Source of the DNA: Spirochaetota bacterium | GTDB taxonomy: Bacteria > Spirochaetota > UBA4802 > JAFGDQ01 | Length of the DNA stretch: 64,000 nucleotides | Assembly (NCBI GenBank): GCA_043803405.1 | Contig: JAZDKB010000016.1 | Span: 32,001 to 96,000 of the forward strand | Reading direction: 5' to 3' | Part shown: positions 29,436 to 41,246 of the stretch, piece by piece | Layout: the number at the start of each line of letters is the position of its first letter | How positions within the stretch are numbered: the stretch's first letter is position 1 | Notes under the pieces: model-generated | The model's database searches: none | What the model saw: the letters and a program-made list of their open reading frames with translations, nothing else | Told to the model about the DNA's origin: nothing | Made by a program: the position numbers and the translations under genes

Positions 29436-32243
29436 CTATAATACCCTTTTTATATATTGTCCTGTATAAGAGTTCTTTACTTTAGCAATATTTTCAGGAA
29501 TACCCTCCGCTATTACGTAACCACCGTCATTTCCGCCGTCCGGCCCAAGATCAATAATCCAGTCTGCTGTTTTAATAACATCCAGGTTATGTTCAATTAC
29601 AATTACAGTATTGCCTTTATCAACCAGGGATTTTAAAATATCAAGCAGCTTTTTTATATCCGCAAAATGAAGTCCTGTTGTTGGCTCATCAAGAATATAA
29701 ATCGTTTTGCCTGTGGATCTCTTTGCGAGTTCCGTCGCAAGCTTAACCCTTTGCGCTTCTCCACCTGAAAGCGTTGTAGCAGACTGTCCCAGCTTTATGT
29801 ATCCGAGACCTACCCTGTTCAGCACTTCAAGCTTGGTTGAGACAGCCGGAATATTTTCAAAAAACTCCAGGGCTTCCTTTACTGACATCTCGAGAATCTC
29901 GTAAATATTCTTCCCCTTATACCGGATCTCAAGAGTCTCATGATTATATCTTCTGCCCTTGCATACCTCGCATGTTATGTATATATCGGATAAAAAATGC
30001 ATCTCAATTTTTTTCAATCCATCGCCCTGGCACGATTCGCATCTGCCGCCGGCAACATTAAATGAAAACCGGCCAGGTTCATATCCCCTCATTTTAGATT
30101 CAGACAGCTTTGCAAACAGGTCTCGTATAGGGGTAAAAAGCCCCGTGTAAGTTGCAGGATTTGATCTGGGCGTCCTCCCGATAGCCGACTGGTCTATATC
30201 TATTACCTTATCAAGTCTTTCAATTCCGAATATCTTTTTGAATTTTCCTGGAAAAACTTTACTCTTCATAAGAATCGAAGATAATGCTTTATATAGGATC
30301 TCGATTATTAATGTCGATTTTCCCGACCCGGATACTCCCGTTACGCAGGTCAATACTCCAAGCGGAAATTGGACATTAATATCTTTTAAATTATTCTCGC
30401 ATGCTCCCTGAATTTCGATAAAGCCGTTTGGTTCCCTCCGTTTCTCCGGTACAGGTATCGTTAATTTTCCGGAAAGATACTGCCCTGTAAGCGACTTCTC
30501 GTTCAGCGCTATTTCCTCTGCTGTTCCTTTTGCGACTATGTATCCGCCGTCAAGGCCGGCGCCCGGCCCAAGGTCAATTACATAATCCGATTCCCTTATC
30601 GTTTCCTCGTCGTGTTCAACTACGATCACGGTGTTCCCAAGGTCACGCATATGCTTAAGTGTATCCAGAAGCCTTTTGTTGTCGCGCTGGTGAAGGCCTA
30701 TGCTGGGTTCATCGAGGATATACAGAACGCCCATAAGGCTGGAGCCGATTTGTGTCGCAAGCCGGATTCTCTGCGCTTCTCCCCCTGAAAGAGTGCCCGC
30801 GGCTCTGCTGAGCGTAAGGTAATCGATTCCGACATCCTTAAGAAATTTAAGCCTTGTTTTTATCTCGTTGATTACCTGATGAGCGATCTTTTTCTGTATG
30901 TCGTTAAGTTCAATGTCCGTAAAAAATTTAATCCCGTCTTTAATTGAAAATGATGTCATCTCCCCTATGGTAATGCCGGCAACCTTTACTGCAAGGCTTT
31001 CCGGGCGCAGCCTCATACCCTTGCACACGTCGCAGTCGTGGTTTGTCATAAAACTCTCCATCCACTCCCGCATATATTCGGATTTGGTCTCTTTATATCT
31101 TCTTTCGAGATTAGGGATTACTCCCTCAAACGAACGATGGAACTTATATTCATCGCTGTTTCTCCGGATATTGAAATTCATTTTAATATTTCCGGAGCCG
31201 TTGAGGATAATATCTTTAATTTTTTCAGGAAGGTTTTTCCATGGCTTGTTCGCATCGAATCCGAAATTGCGCTCAAGCGCCTTAATCTGTTCCTGATACC
31301 AGTAGCTCGTTGTTTTCCCCCATGCTTCAATTACGCCTTCATAAAGCGACTTGTCCGGTTCTGTGATTAAAAGAGCAGGATCAAACTGCATAATAAATCC
31401 AAGCCCGCTGCACCTGGGACACGCACCGTAAGGACTGTTAAAGGAAAACATTCTTGGGGAGAGTTCGGGAATGGAAATCCCGCAATCCGGGCACGAAAGC
31501 TTTGTGGAAAAAAGTCTTTCTTCGGAATCGGTAACTATAATTACTAGGCCGTCTGCTATCTCCATAGCCGTCTCAACTGAGTCAGCCAAACGCGGCCTAA
31601 TACCGTTCTTCAGCACAATCCTGTCTACGATAATTTCGATATTGTGCTTCTTCGTCTTTGATATCTTTATGGTTTCATCCAGGTTCATGAACTCGCCGTC
31701 CACCCTCACCCTGGCAAAACCGTTTTTCTTTGCGGATTCGAATTTCTCTTCATGTTCGCCCTTTCTGCCGCGGACGACCGGAGCAAGAATCTGCATTTTA
31801 GTGCCCGCAGGATACGTTAATACCGACTCGACTATCTGATCAACCGACTGGGAAGAAATCTTTTTACCGCACTTGTAGCAGTATGGCTCACCTACGCGCG
31901 CATAAAGCAGGCGGAAATAATCGTATATCTCGGTAACTGTTCCGACTGTTGATCTGGGATTTCTGTGGGTTGTTTTTTGTTCAATAGAAATCGCCGGGGA
32001 AAGGCCGTCGATAAACTCAACGTCCGGTTTTTCTATCATGCCTAAAAATTGTCTCGCGTAGGCGGACAGCGATTCAACATATCTGCGCTGGCCTTCAGCA
32101 TATATCGTATCGAAAGCAAGTGAGGATTTTCCCGAACCTGAAAGGCCGGTAATTACAACTAATTTGTCTCTGGGGATATCAACTGAAATATTTTTAAGAT
32201 TATGCTCTTTTGCGCCTCTAATCCTTATGTCTTTTTCACTCAT
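29436..32243 (-). CDS. uvrA: Excinuclease ABC subunit A
   Basis: [32 protein letters not shown], Zn fingers, two LSGGEAQR; start moved to MSEKD (ATGA overlap). Confidence 0.98.
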   Translation of the reverse strand: MSEKDIRIRGAKEHNLKNISVDIPRDKLVVITGLSGSGKSSLAFDTIYAEGQRRYVESLSAYARQFLGMIEKPDVEFIDGLSPAISIEQKTTHRNPRSTVGTVTEIYDYFRLLYARVGEPYCYKCGKKISSQSVDQIVESVLTYPAGTKMQILAPVVRGRKGEHEEKFESAKKNGFARVRVDGEFMNLDETIKISKTKKHNIEIIVDRIVLKNGIRPRLADSVETAMEIADGLVIIVTDSEERLFSTKLSCPDCGISIPELSPRMFSFNSPYGACPRCSGLGFIMQFDPALLITEPDKSLYEGVIEAWGKTTSYWYQEQIKALERNFGFDANKPWKNLPEKIKDIILNGSGNIKMNFNIRRNSDEYKFHRSFEGVIPNLERRYKETKSEYMREWMESFMTNHDCDVCKGMRLRPESLAVKVAGITIGEMTSFSIKDGIKFFTDIELNDIQKKIAHQVINEIKTRLKFLKDVGIDYLTLSRAAGTLSGGEAQRIRLATQIGSSLMGVLYILDEPSIGLHQRDNKRLLDTLKHMRDLGNTVIVVEHDEETIRESDYVIDLGPGAGLDGGYIVAKGTAEEIALNEKSLTGQYLSGKLTIPVPEKRREPNGFIEIQGACENNLKDINVQFPLGVLTCVTGVSGSGKSTLIIEILYKALSSILMKSKVFPGKFKKIFGIERLDKVIDIDQSAIGRTPRSNPATYTGLFTPIRDLFAKLSESKMRGYEPGRFSFNVAGGRCESCQGDGLKKIEMHFLSDIYITCEVCKGRRYNHETLEIRYKGKNIYEILEMSVKEALEFFENIPAVSTKLEVLNRVGLGYIKLGQSATTLSGGEAQRVKLATELAKRSTGKTIYILDEPTTGLHFADIKKLLDILKSLVDKGNTVIVIEHNLDVIKTADWIIDLGPDGGNDGGYVIAEGIPENIAKVKNSYTGQYIKRVL

Positions 32244-32536
32244 ATCTGGGTTATAGCAATGGAACCGCACATTGGGCATGCTATATCAAATTCTTCTCTC
32301 TCAATGTTATCTTTGTTATCTATAACAATATCATCCCATCTGTAATCGCAATCATCGCATGCAAAACTTAAATGTACTTTTGTCTCTTCTTCGTCTTCTT
32401 CTAATTCCTTTTCAGCATCCTCGTCTTTTTCTTCTTCATGCTCTAATTCATCATAATAATTGTCTTTGCTCTCATCATCGCCGAAATTGCCTTCATAAAA
32501 TTTTTCGTTAGAATTTATTCCAAATATATCGTTCAT
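32240..32536 (-). CDS. Acidic zinc-ribbon hypothetical protein
   Basis: D/E-rich N-terminal half; CDDC...CPMC; stop overlaps the uvrA ATG. Confidence 0.75.
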   Translation of the reverse strand: MNDIFGINSNEKFYEGNFGDDESKDNYYDELEHEEEKDEDAEKELEEDEEETKVHLSFACDDCDYRWDDIVIDNKDNIEREEFDIACPMCGSIAITQI

Positions 32537-32721
32537 AACATCACCCTATCCGAAATTTTATGCGTTAAAAATTGTTTTCAAATTCATCCGCAAGCGCTGG
32601 TAAAACATCTTAAAATAATTTGTAAATTAGAATTTTCTATGTTTTTTTGTCAAATAATTTTAAAATAAATTTAAAAATTAAATAATCCGCAATTCATTGA
32701 TTTCCTGAACACAAAAAAGAA

Positions 32722-35193
32722 TCAGTGCTGGGACTCCTGTCTTTGCTCTAACGGATATACCTGTGTTTTTTGCAATTTATCGCCTTCAAAGGCTTTTAAT
32801 GTAAGTGCGATAAAAAAGAGTTGTTCATAATACATCAATCTGTCTTTGTTCTCGGCGCCCCAATTCTCAGTCTTTCTTTGCACACTATAGAAAAATCCAA
32901 CTTCCCAGCAATGCAGATCATGTAATATATTGATAAACAGGTTCCGAAGAGTAAAAACCGCGTTTCTTGACCTCTCCCTGTCATAAAAGTACAATGATTT
33001 TTCCAAATCGTCAAAGAAATTTTTATTATATAGCAAATAAGCCCTGTCAGCCTGCGATCCACTCCCGATTTCCAAACGCCATAGCTTAACTACATCAATA
33101 TATAAAGCCCATTTTAACGACATTGTGTCCCTGAATGGGAACCTGTAATCGTGAAAAAAGTTATACCCGATTTCAAAATTTCTAACCTGTTTAACAACAG
33201 GCAAAGCAAAATTTCCCGTAGTAAATTTTAAATCTAGAGTGTCATAGCCGGATTTCCTGTCTTTCGTTATGTACAGATAATTATTCACAGCCTCTATTCC
33301 TGAATAAAACAGCCCTGCTTTACGGTTTGACGCGGAACCCGAGTCATAGAATAACCGGCAAAAATCCAGAAAGATCCTGTTACTTACTGCAATATTTTTG
33401 AATCTCTCATCATCGTAAGGATAATTTACTCTTGCATCGTAAATCGTGGTAACCGACATTTTTATATCATCGTGCGGCAGTAAAAAAATACCGCCTGCAA
33501 ATTCATTTCGTTTTTCGTGAACAAACGGCTCAATAGTTTCCTTTTCAAGATAAGATCTTCTGAAATAATGCGCTGTCTGCAGGTAATATTTCGGAAGGCC
33601 GAACTTTAATGTATTTGATACTTCAAAATACTCATAGCTGTTCTTTTCTGCGGAAGCTTCTGCGGATCTTTTTGCCAACTCATCATTATTATACGGGCCT
33701 CTGACCCATTGCGCCACAAAACCGTTTTGAATACCGGGTGTATATGTAAAATAGTTTAGAAACGGAAAGTCCGTATTTATTAATAAATAACCGGATGGCC
33801 TGTATTCTGTGCTGTAATAATGCCCGTGATCATACTGTTTTGTTGAATTACCGGCACAGTTAAAAAACCAGTTGATCTTTTGCTTATTATAATCGCTGTT
33901 TCCATCGTTATAGTTAAAAAGATAAAAAGAATCATTATATGTAAAATTAAAGACCGGGAGCTGATCTGTATACGGCACATATCTTCCCTTGACAGAATAA
34001 TTATTGACAGTATTAAGAGGATCGGTTGTGTCCCATATCCATTGCCTGGACAGCTTCAGAGAAATATCATGATTTGTGCTTTTATCGCCTATAGTATAAT
34101 TCCAGTTAAGTAATGACTTTTGTTTTAAATCAGGCGGCATATATCCGAACATCATGAAGGATGCTATAGGCTCTCGCCTTGCGTCATAATATCTTTCAAA
34201 TTCCCAGTTGTTCATCCACTCAAATTTAACCGAACTGTATGAATACGAAGTATTTCTTTTATTAAATGAATAGTCATTATTTAAAACCACTTTAAACCAG
34301 TTATCATTCTCGCCTTCCGGCAGCGGTTTATTCACCCATTTTGAACCTGATGGTTCCGCGTATTGATATTTTGCCCCTGCAAAATATATAAATGTGCTGG
34401 AATCCGTGCTTTTACTTTTATACTCAACACCGCCATAAGAACCCAATTTATCGTAAACATCCAGTTTGTATTTCCATTTATCTTTGTTTTCGGACGTATA
34501 TTTAACCGTATTCTGCATAAATGATCCCCTTCTGCCGCCCTGGCCGAACTGGGTAATAATACCGACTCCGTCATCGGAATGAGCAATTAAAGGTAAATAA
34601 AAAAGGGGAACATCGCCTACTTTATAAATTACATTAAAAGCAATAATCCTTTTATCCCGGTAGATAATGACTTTTTTTGCAGAAAAATGATAATGCGGTC
34701 TTTCAAGCTCGCATGTGGAAAAATCCATGTTATCGGAAAAATAGGTTTTTTTATTTACGATGCGGATCTTTTTCGTATCGAAAATAACAGGCTTTCCTGT
34801 CGATTTTGCATCATAAAGAACACCTGCATTGTCTTTTACATTAAATACGCCTTTGCCTGCATGTATACGGTTATTACCGTCCTCCAGCAGCAGATCGCCT
34901 GTAATAGTAACATCGCCGGTATTTTTGTTATAAACAATCCTGCGGGAATATATTTTTTTACCGTCAAATTCCATCTTAATATTTCCGGTTAAAACAAGAA
35001 TATCTTCCCCTGACTCAGCCATTTTAATAAATTCACCTTCATCTGCTCCGGAAAAAATCAAACCTTCATTTACCGGTTGTTTGGATGAATCCTGAATATG
35101 TATAATTTTCCCATGCTTTTGTTTTTCCTCAGCAATTAGAGTTATTTGCAGTAATAAAAATATTAGTATTGCAATATATGAAAATATTTTCAA
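32722..35193 (-). CDS. LPS-assembly protein LptD-like outer-membrane protein
   Basis: OstA-like N-domain, FSTCELERPHYHFSAKK, VPLFYLP, beta-rich barrel, HDLHCWE near the C-terminus. Confidence 0.75.
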   Translation of the reverse strand: MKIFSYIAILIFLLLQITLIAEEKQKHGKIIHIQDSSKQPVNEGLIFSGADEGEFIKMAESGEDILVLTGNIKMEFDGKKIYSRRIVYNKNTGDVTITGDLLLEDGNNRIHAGKGVFNVKDNAGVLYDAKSTGKPVIFDTKKIRIVNKKTYFSDNMDFSTCELERPHYHFSAKKVIIYRDKRIIAFNVIYKVGDVPLFYLPLIAHSDDGVGIITQFGQGGRRGSFMQNTVKYTSENKDKWKYKLDVYDKLGSYGGVEYKSKSTDSSTFIYFAGAKYQYAEPSGSKWVNKPLPEGENDNWFKVVLNNDYSFNKRNTSYSYSSVKFEWMNNWEFERYYDARREPIASFMMFGYMPPDLKQKSLLNWNYTIGDKSTNHDISLKLSRQWIWDTTDPLNTVNNYSVKGRYVPYTDQLPVFNFTYNDSFYLFNYNDGNSDYNKQKINWFFNCAGNSTKQYDHGHYYSTEYRPSGYLLINTDFPFLNYFTYTPGIQNGFVAQWVRGPYNNDELAKRSAEASAEKNSYEYFEVSNTLKFGLPKYYLQTAHYFRRSYLEKETIEPFVHEKRNEFAGGIFLLPHDDIKMSVTTIYDARVNYPYDDERFKNIAVSNRIFLDFCRLFYDSGSASNRKAGLFYSGIEAVNNYLYITKDRKSGYDTLDLKFTTGNFALPVVKQVRNFEIGYNFFHDYRFPFRDTMSLKWALYIDVVKLWRLEIGSGSQADRAYLLYNKNFFDDLEKSLYFYDRERSRNAVFTLRNLFINILHDLHCWEVGFFYSVQRKTENWGAENKDRLMYYEQLFFIALTLKAFEGDKLQKTQVYPLEQRQESQH

Positions 35194-35525
35194 CTTATGT
35201 CTCTTTTTAGATTAGGCAGGATTGAACGAGATACATCTCTGCCTGCAAATTTGCAGATGGGGAATATGCCCCTTTGTAAGATATGTAATTTATTAAATTG
35301 CCGTTAAATTTATGTAAATAAAAAATTAATATTGCATTTCATATCCGTAGTATTAAAAAATAGTGCGGATATACATTGTTAATTGTGTGTATCAAAATTA
35401 CTATAAGGTAATAAACGATCTTCGGACGAAACTCAAATATTATTAATCGATAAAATAATTTATACTGTGACGGAGTTTTTAAACAGTTTAAATTAAATAA
35501 TTACTGATTTTAAAAAATAAAAATT

Positions 35526-37172
35526 ATGACACCCAGACATTTCCTTAAAACTCTTATTATCACTTTATTATTTCTTTCAGCAACTGGCAAACTCTACGCC
35601 GGATATTATGATGAAGGATGTAAATTCTTCAGTTACAAGAACTACGAAAAAGCAAGAGATATGTTTTTAAAAAGCATTGAGGCCAGTGATGATGGCAATT
35701 CATATTACTTTATGGGAGAAATCGAAAAAATTGAAGGGAATTACGATAAAGCAGAAGAGTATTATAAACTAGCCGTAACTAAATACATGAATGCCAAATA
35801 TAAAAAACTCGCATACTGGAATATAATAGTACTTAAAGAACAGAAAGGCAAATACAACGAAATGGTAATTGCCTGCAGGGAATTATGGGATGCGATGAGG
35901 GATGATGGTGCGAAGAAAAAAGTGGAAGCTCTAATCAATAAGTTTTTATGGACAGACAATGATGAAGCCAAGTCCCTTTATAACAGCGGAGCTGAATATA
36001 AAAAAAAGAATGTTCATGATAAAGCAAGAGAAGCCTTTTATAATGCACAGCGCATCGATTCCGCTTTTCTTGCTCCGAAATTCGAACTTGGACTAATGTT
36101 CTACAATGAAAAGAACGCCAGCCAGGCCATTGATTATTTTAACGACATAATTGATAAAATACCGTTTTACGGAGAAGTTCACTTACTTTTAGGAGATATT
36201 TACTTCAACAAACAATCTTACAGGAATGCTATTGATCATTTGAGTAAAGCCGGAGAATACGGTTTTTTCGACAATAAAACAAAATATTCTCTGGTTTTTA
36301 AAATCGGAACTTCCTACTATGAAACAGGAGATTTTGAAAAAGCTCAAGAGGAATTCATCTTTGCTTCCGAACTCAATAAAAAGGCGTTGGATCCACTACT
36401 ATTTTTATCCGCTATTTATATAAAGAAAAATAATTATGAGCAGGCTATATCAGTTCTTTTAAAAGCAAAAGAACTGAATCAGAATAATCCTGAAATTATT
36501 TTTCAAATCGGCAGTATTTATTATAAAATGAATGATCAGAAATATACGCAATACTTCAGCCAGTTATTAAACAAATATTTTCAATCTAAAGAAACGATCC
36601 CGCAGAAGTATTTAAAAGCTTTTACTTTGCTTTTAAAAAACAATTATGATAATAAAAAATATGATGATGCCTCAAAAATTATAGAAATACTCCCCGAATC
36701 TCAAAAGTCCGGCGACATAAATCTTATGTCGGCAAAATCGTATCACTATACAGGCAAACACGAGAAAGCAATTGAATACTTTGAAAAGCTTTCTCTTGGT
36801 AATGATGATAGATATTTGCTTTGCATCTCTTATGCCAGGTCCGGGTCCGCGGTTAAAGCTAAAGAATTGTTATTGAGTTTGTCAAATATAAACGGTTACT
36901 TTGAAAAATCCAAATCGGATGCTGCCATAAAAAAAATAGCGTACGAAATTGAAAATGACAGATTAAGAAAAGAAGAAGAAAGAAAAGCGGAAGAGAAAAG
37001 GAGATCGGACGAAGAAAAGCGGAAAGAAGAGAAAATAATAGAAGACAAACTTATTGAGGAAAAACTAAAGGAAGAAAAAATCAAAGCTGAAAAAGAAAAA
37101 TTAAACGCTCCCAGGGAAGAAAATAATAATACGTTGCCGGCACAGGTAAATAATCCGGTAAATCCTCAGTAG
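35526..37172 (+). CDS. Exported tetratricopeptide-repeat protein
   Basis: Signal peptide, multiple TPRs (SYYFMGEIEKIEGNYDKAEEYY and others), K/E-rich tail. Confidence 0.85.
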   Translation: MTPRHFLKTLIITLLFLSATGKLYAGYYDEGCKFFSYKNYEKARDMFLKSIEASDDGNSYYFMGEIEKIEGNYDKAEEYYKLAVTKYMNAKYKKLAYWNIIVLKEQKGKYNEMVIACRELWDAMRDDGAKKKVEALINKFLWTDNDEAKSLYNSGAEYKKKNVHDKAREAFYNAQRIDSAFLAPKFELGLMFYNEKNASQAIDYFNDIIDKIPFYGEVHLLLGDIYFNKQSYRNAIDHLSKAGEYGFFDNKTKYSLVFKIGTSYYETGDFEKAQEEFIFASELNKKALDPLLFLSAIYIKKNNYEQAISVLLKAKELNQNNPEIIFQIGSIYYKMNDQKYTQYFSQLLNKYFQSKETIPQKYLKAFTLLLKNNYDNKKYDDASKIIEILPESQKSGDINLMSAKSYHYTGKHEKAIEYFEKLSLGNDDRYLLCISYARSGSAVKAKELLLSLSNINGYFEKSKSDAAIKKIAYEIENDRLRKEEERKAEEKRRSDEEKRKEEKIIEDKLIEEKLKEEKIKAEKEKLNAPREENNNTLPAQVNNPVNPQ

Positions 37173-37282
37173 GTGAATTTATATTACTCTTTGTGATAAT
37201 AAATTCAAAATAATTTTTTAAAGCCGGTACAATATTACCCGAAGAGAATTATCCGAATGTGTATAACCGATAATAAACTAAT

Positions 37283-38065
37283 ATGTTAAAGATAAATAAT
37301 TTATTTCTAACAATGGATAAAACAGAAATATTGAAAGATATTAATATTTCTTTTAATGAAGGAGAAATAATCGGAATTATAGGAAAATCCGGTGCTGGAA
37401 AGACTGCACTATTAAAAGTAATTGCCGGATTAATAAAGAATTTTTCAGGCGAGATACTGCTTAACGACAAGTCAATCAAATCAATTCAGGTAAAGGATAT
37501 TCAAAAACAAATAACTTTATTATTAAGCAATAATTCTTTGGATATTATTGACGACACTGTTTTTAATTACCTATTACAATCGAGAAAATCATTTAAAAAA
37601 TTTTTAAATCCATTTTCCGATGTTGATATACAAATTACAGAAGAATATATTAATTTATTTAATCTTGATAAATTCAAAAACAAAAAAGTTCTTAAGCTCT
37701 CCGATGGTATCTATAAAAAGGTTGCTGTCGCATTTCCATTTATTAAAAGCTCCGACATTTTATTAATGGATAATCCAACAAGCAATTTAGATATAGAGTC
37801 ATTTTCATTATTGCAAAAGGCAATATTTAAATATTCAATAAACGGCAATAAAATAATAATAATTGCTTCAAACGATTTAAACTTTTTACTTCAAACAGCT
37901 GATAAAATAGTGATAATGGAAGAAGGTGGAATTACAGCAGAAACCAGTCCGGACCATATAGACACGCAGATTATTAAAAAAATATTTAATACTGAAGTAC
38001 TGTTATCCAGAAATATTTATAACGGGAAGCTGACAGTTCATCAGTTTCTAAGCGGAGCAGGATAA
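37283..38065 (+). CDS. ABC ATP-binding protein (FepC/BtuD-like), degenerate motifs, orphan
   Basis: Walker A GKSGAGKT intact; signature LSDG, Walker B LLMDN, switch ASND; C-terminal IIKKIFN typical of metal-chelate ABC ATPases. Confidence 0.8.
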   Translation: MLKINNLFLTMDKTEILKDINISFNEGEIIGIIGKSGAGKTALLKVIAGLIKNFSGEILLNDKSIKSIQVKDIQKQITLLLSNNSLDIIDDTVFNYLLQSRKSFKKFLNPFSDVDIQITEEYINLFNLDKFKNKKVLKLSDGIYKKVAVAFPFIKSSDILLMDNPTSNLDIESFSLLQKAIFKYSINGNKIIIIASNDLNFLLQTADKIVIMEEGGITAETSPDHIDTQIIKKIFNTEVLLSRNIYNGKLTVHQFLSGAG

Positions 38066-38083
38066 AGGGGCAATGTTCTGTAA

Positions 38084-38422
38084 TTATGCCTTTGCTACTC
38101 CTTCTTCAATATTATCAATAAAAGTGATGTGAGGCAAAACATCCATTACTTCCAGCATTTTAATGAGACCGTCTCTCAATCCCATAATCATTACGCGTTT
38201 TTTTCTTTTACGTGCACTATTCGAAACATTTATAAGGGAAGACAGCCCGCCTGAAGTGATCACGCTTACCTCCCTCATATCCAATATGACATTATTTTTT
38301 TGCGATAAACTGTTTACTACACTTTCAAATTCTATTTTTGAAGAATTTGAAATATTACCGGAAAATTTGACAATCTTCACACCATCATACTCGCTAATGG
38401 AATAAGAAATCTCAGTATTCAA
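38084..38422 (-). CDS. STAS domain anti-sigma factor antagonist
   Basis: VILDMREVSVITSGGLSSLI. Confidence 0.85.
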   Translation of the reverse strand: MNTEISYSISEYDGVKIVKFSGNISNSSKIEFESVVNSLSQKNNVILDMREVSVITSGGLSSLINVSNSARKRKKRVMIMGLRDGLIKMLEVMDVLPHITFIDNIEEGVAKA

Positions 38423-38559
38423 TCTAATGACCTAATATCTTTAATTAAAATGCTATATATTATTTAAGCGAAAGTTCATTATTATTGGCTTTGAAAATAT
38501 AATCCTGTACAAATAATTCATATCTTAAGCGTGTACGAGATTTATAATGAGCGACTCCA

Positions 38560-39549
38560 TCAATTGGCAATCATGCGTTTATCTTTCTGGATCTGATTCC
38601 TTATTATATTTTCAATCTCAAGGGTTACTTCCAGACTGCGGATATCTGCATCATTTGTAATTGAAGGAATCAGCCCGTTATGAATACAGTTGTAAAAATG
38701 TTCATGCTCATGTTTTAATGGATTCTCTTTATGTATAAATAATTCTTCTACAAAAGATTCCTGGCTGTATTTGATCTCTTCTTTTGTTAAAAGATATGCC
38801 TGGGAAGCCTGCCTGTGAATGTGAATGTCCTGAGTTGTATAATCAAGAAAAATATAGGATTTTTCCTGACTTATCGATAAAGTCCTTATCTTTCTCTGGG
38901 TTATTCTTGAAGCTGTTACAGTGGCAACACAGCTGTTTTCAAACAGAAGGATGGCGGTAGCATAGTCTTCATGATCGGAAAACAGTGAACCTCCGAATGC
39001 CTTTACGGATGTAACCGGCGAATTAACAATATTAGTTACAATATCTATATCATGAATCATTAAATCCAGTACTACCCCGACATCTTTTACCCTGTCAGAA
39101 AAAGGAGCAAGCCTGCGTGATTCAATAATTATCGGATTAGTTACAATTTTGTATAATTCCTGAACTGCACCATTGAATCTCTCCACATGGCCTACCTGGA
39201 ACACTAGCTTATTCTTCTTGGCTTTATTAGCAAGTTTTCTCGCCTGGTCTATCCTCTCTGTTACCGGCTTTTCAACAAGTACGTGAATATTTCTGTCCAG
39301 TGCAAGAGCAGCATATTTGTAATGCAGATATGTAGGTACTGCAATCACAACAGCCTCAACATTTTCCAGCAAATCTTCAACTTTATTAAAACAATTAATT
39401 TTATATTTATTCGATATTTCCCGGGATTTACTTAAGTCAATATCATATATACCGCACAATGTAATTTTATTTTTTAATGTGGATGCTACGCTAACATGGA
39501 ACTGTCCCATATGACCAACACCGATAATTCCAAGTTTCAGTTTTTTCAT
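38560..39549 (-). CDS. Gfo/Idh/MocA oxidoreductase (GnnA-like)
   Basis: GIIGVGHMG, HVLVEKP, VGHVERFN, DLMIHDID, TASR. Confidence 0.88.
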   Translation of the reverse strand: MKKLKLGIIGVGHMGQFHVSVASTLKNKITLCGIYDIDLSKSREISNKYKINCFNKVEDLLENVEAVVIAVPTYLHYKYAALALDRNIHVLVEKPVTERIDQARKLANKAKKNKLVFQVGHVERFNGAVQELYKIVTNPIIIESRRLAPFSDRVKDVGVVLDLMIHDIDIVTNIVNSPVTSVKAFGGSLFSDHEDYATAILLFENSCVATVTASRITQRKIRTLSISQEKSYIFLDYTTQDIHIHRQASQAYLLTKEEIKYSQESFVEELFIHKENPLKHEHEHFYNCIHNGLIPSITNDADIRSLEVTLEIENIIRNQIQKDKRMIAN

Positions 39550-39720
39550 CTTTGTCTCCAAAGCATATTTAAAACAAATTTTTTTACTTTATATTAGCAC
39601 TTTTTTAGGGATATCCGATTTATAAATTATGCAATTAATTAATTTCAATTTGTCAAATCTTTATTAAAATAAAACTATTGGCATCAAACTAATAAAAGCA
39701 AGAACTAAAATAAAATAATA

Positions 39721-40806
39721 TTAAAAAATAATGCTTTTAATCGCCTCTTTTAACAAGCCGTTTTCAACTTCCTGATTATAAACAGGATTATTTAAACCAT
39801 TCAAAAGAACAAATTTAAATTTATTATTGCTGTTTTTTTTATCATATTTCATATGCTTGATAATATCATTTGCATTTAATTTATATTCTTTACTGATTAA
39901 TTTATATTTTATAATCAAGTCATTAACCATGTTCGTTTCTTTATCGGTTAGCCAGCCAAGACGCCTGGAAATTTCCATCGCAACTTTTAGTCCAATAGCA
40001 ACAGCTTCGCCGTGTGAAATGCCCCTAAATTTCAATAAAGATTCAATTGCATGACCTACCGTATGACCGAAATTTAAAATTGCCCTGATTCCTTTTTCAT
40101 CCTCATCTTTTTCAACTATTCTACTTTTAAATAAAACAGATAGATATACAATTTTTGCAATATTATCCGATTCTTTTATTGTTTTCAAGTCATTTTTACA
40201 TAGAATATTTAATAGTTTATCTTCACCGATAACCGCATGTTTTAATACTTCAGTGAGCCCGTTCTTTAATTCGTTTTCGGGTAATGTTTTAATAAAATTA
40301 AGTTCGGTAAGAACCATGTCAGGATGATAGAATGCGCCGACAATATTTTTCCCGGCCGATAAATTTACGGCAGTCTTCCCTCCTATACTGGAGTCTACCA
40401 TTGCCAGCAATGTTGTAGGTATATGTATTAAAGGAATTCCACGCATGTATAATGAAGCAATAAATCCTGCAAAATCACCTACAACTCCTCCACCTATTCC
40501 GATGACAGCAGTTTTTCTAGAATAACCTTTCTTAAGCATTTTATCCAGAAATTTTTCTGCATATTTATAATTTTTATTGTTCTCACCGTCATCCATAATA
40601 AAAACATCATAATTGATAATTCCGTTAAATGACGCATTAATTAAATCATTGTATAATTCCATAATCCTGGCACTGATAATCAAGGCGTATCTTTCAGCAG
40701 ATACTAATTTGTTTATTTTTTTAATTTGTTCAAGAATAGATTGGCCTATTATAATTTTGTATTCTTTATTTTTTGTTCTGGCAGTAATTGACTTCAGCTT
40801 AACCAT
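39721..40806 (-). CDS. aroB: 3-dehydroquinate synthase
   Basis: GGGVVGDFAGF, PTTLLAMVDSSIGGKT, LNFGHTVGHAIE, HGEAV. Confidence 0.96.
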   Translation of the reverse strand: MVKLKSITARTKNKEYKIIIGQSILEQIKKINKLVSAERYALIISARIMELYNDLINASFNGIINYDVFIMDDGENNKNYKYAEKFLDKMLKKGYSRKTAVIGIGGGVVGDFAGFIASLYMRGIPLIHIPTTLLAMVDSSIGGKTAVNLSAGKNIVGAFYHPDMVLTELNFIKTLPENELKNGLTEVLKHAVIGEDKLLNILCKNDLKTIKESDNIAKIVYLSVLFKSRIVEKDEDEKGIRAILNFGHTVGHAIESLLKFRGISHGEAVAIGLKVAMEISRRLGWLTDKETNMVNDLIIKYKLISKEYKLNANDIIKHMKYDKKNSNNKFKFVLLNGLNNPVYNQEVENGLLKEAIKSIIF

Positions 40807-41237
40807 TTTTTACCTTTATAAATAGTATTGTTTAAACCAAGTAAAATATTTTCGAGTTCAGTTTTAACCGGAGGAACAATTTGCAGGTTCTTAAGCTTTT
40901 GAATATTAAAAAAACCAAAGTCGTGAAGTCTGTTTTCGTTGCTAAGTACATATGTACCTGTGCTATGTGCACAAAAAAAGCATATATTCTCTATATGCTT
41001 TTTTAAATCCGGAGATATTGAATCATATACTAACGCAATATCATTAACTTTAACTATAATATTAAGTTCTTCTTTTATTTCCCTTATTAAAGCTTCTTCA
41101 AGTGATTCGCCCGGATTTACGCCGCCCCCCGGAAGCATCCAGTAAACCGAATCCTCTTTCCTGTGAGCGATTAGAAGGATCTCACTATTTTCGATTATAA
41201 CAGCAGCAACCCTGATCCTGATATTTAAATTGTCCAT
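40794..41237 (-). CDS. NUDIX hydrolase
   Basis: GGGVNPGESLEEALIREIKEELN Nudix box. Confidence 0.92.
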   Translation of the reverse strand: MDNLNIRIRVAAVIIENSEILLIAHRKEDSVYWMLPGGGVNPGESLEEALIREIKEELNIIVKVNDIALVYDSISPDLKKHIENICFFCAHSTGTYVLSNENRLHDFGFFNIQKLKNLQIVPPVKTELENILLGLNNTIYKGKKWLS

Positions 41238-41246
41238 ATCGACATT

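Noticed and set aside
32540..32720. LexA box upstream of the uvrA unit
   Set aside because: No convincing palindrome matching an SOS box that I know
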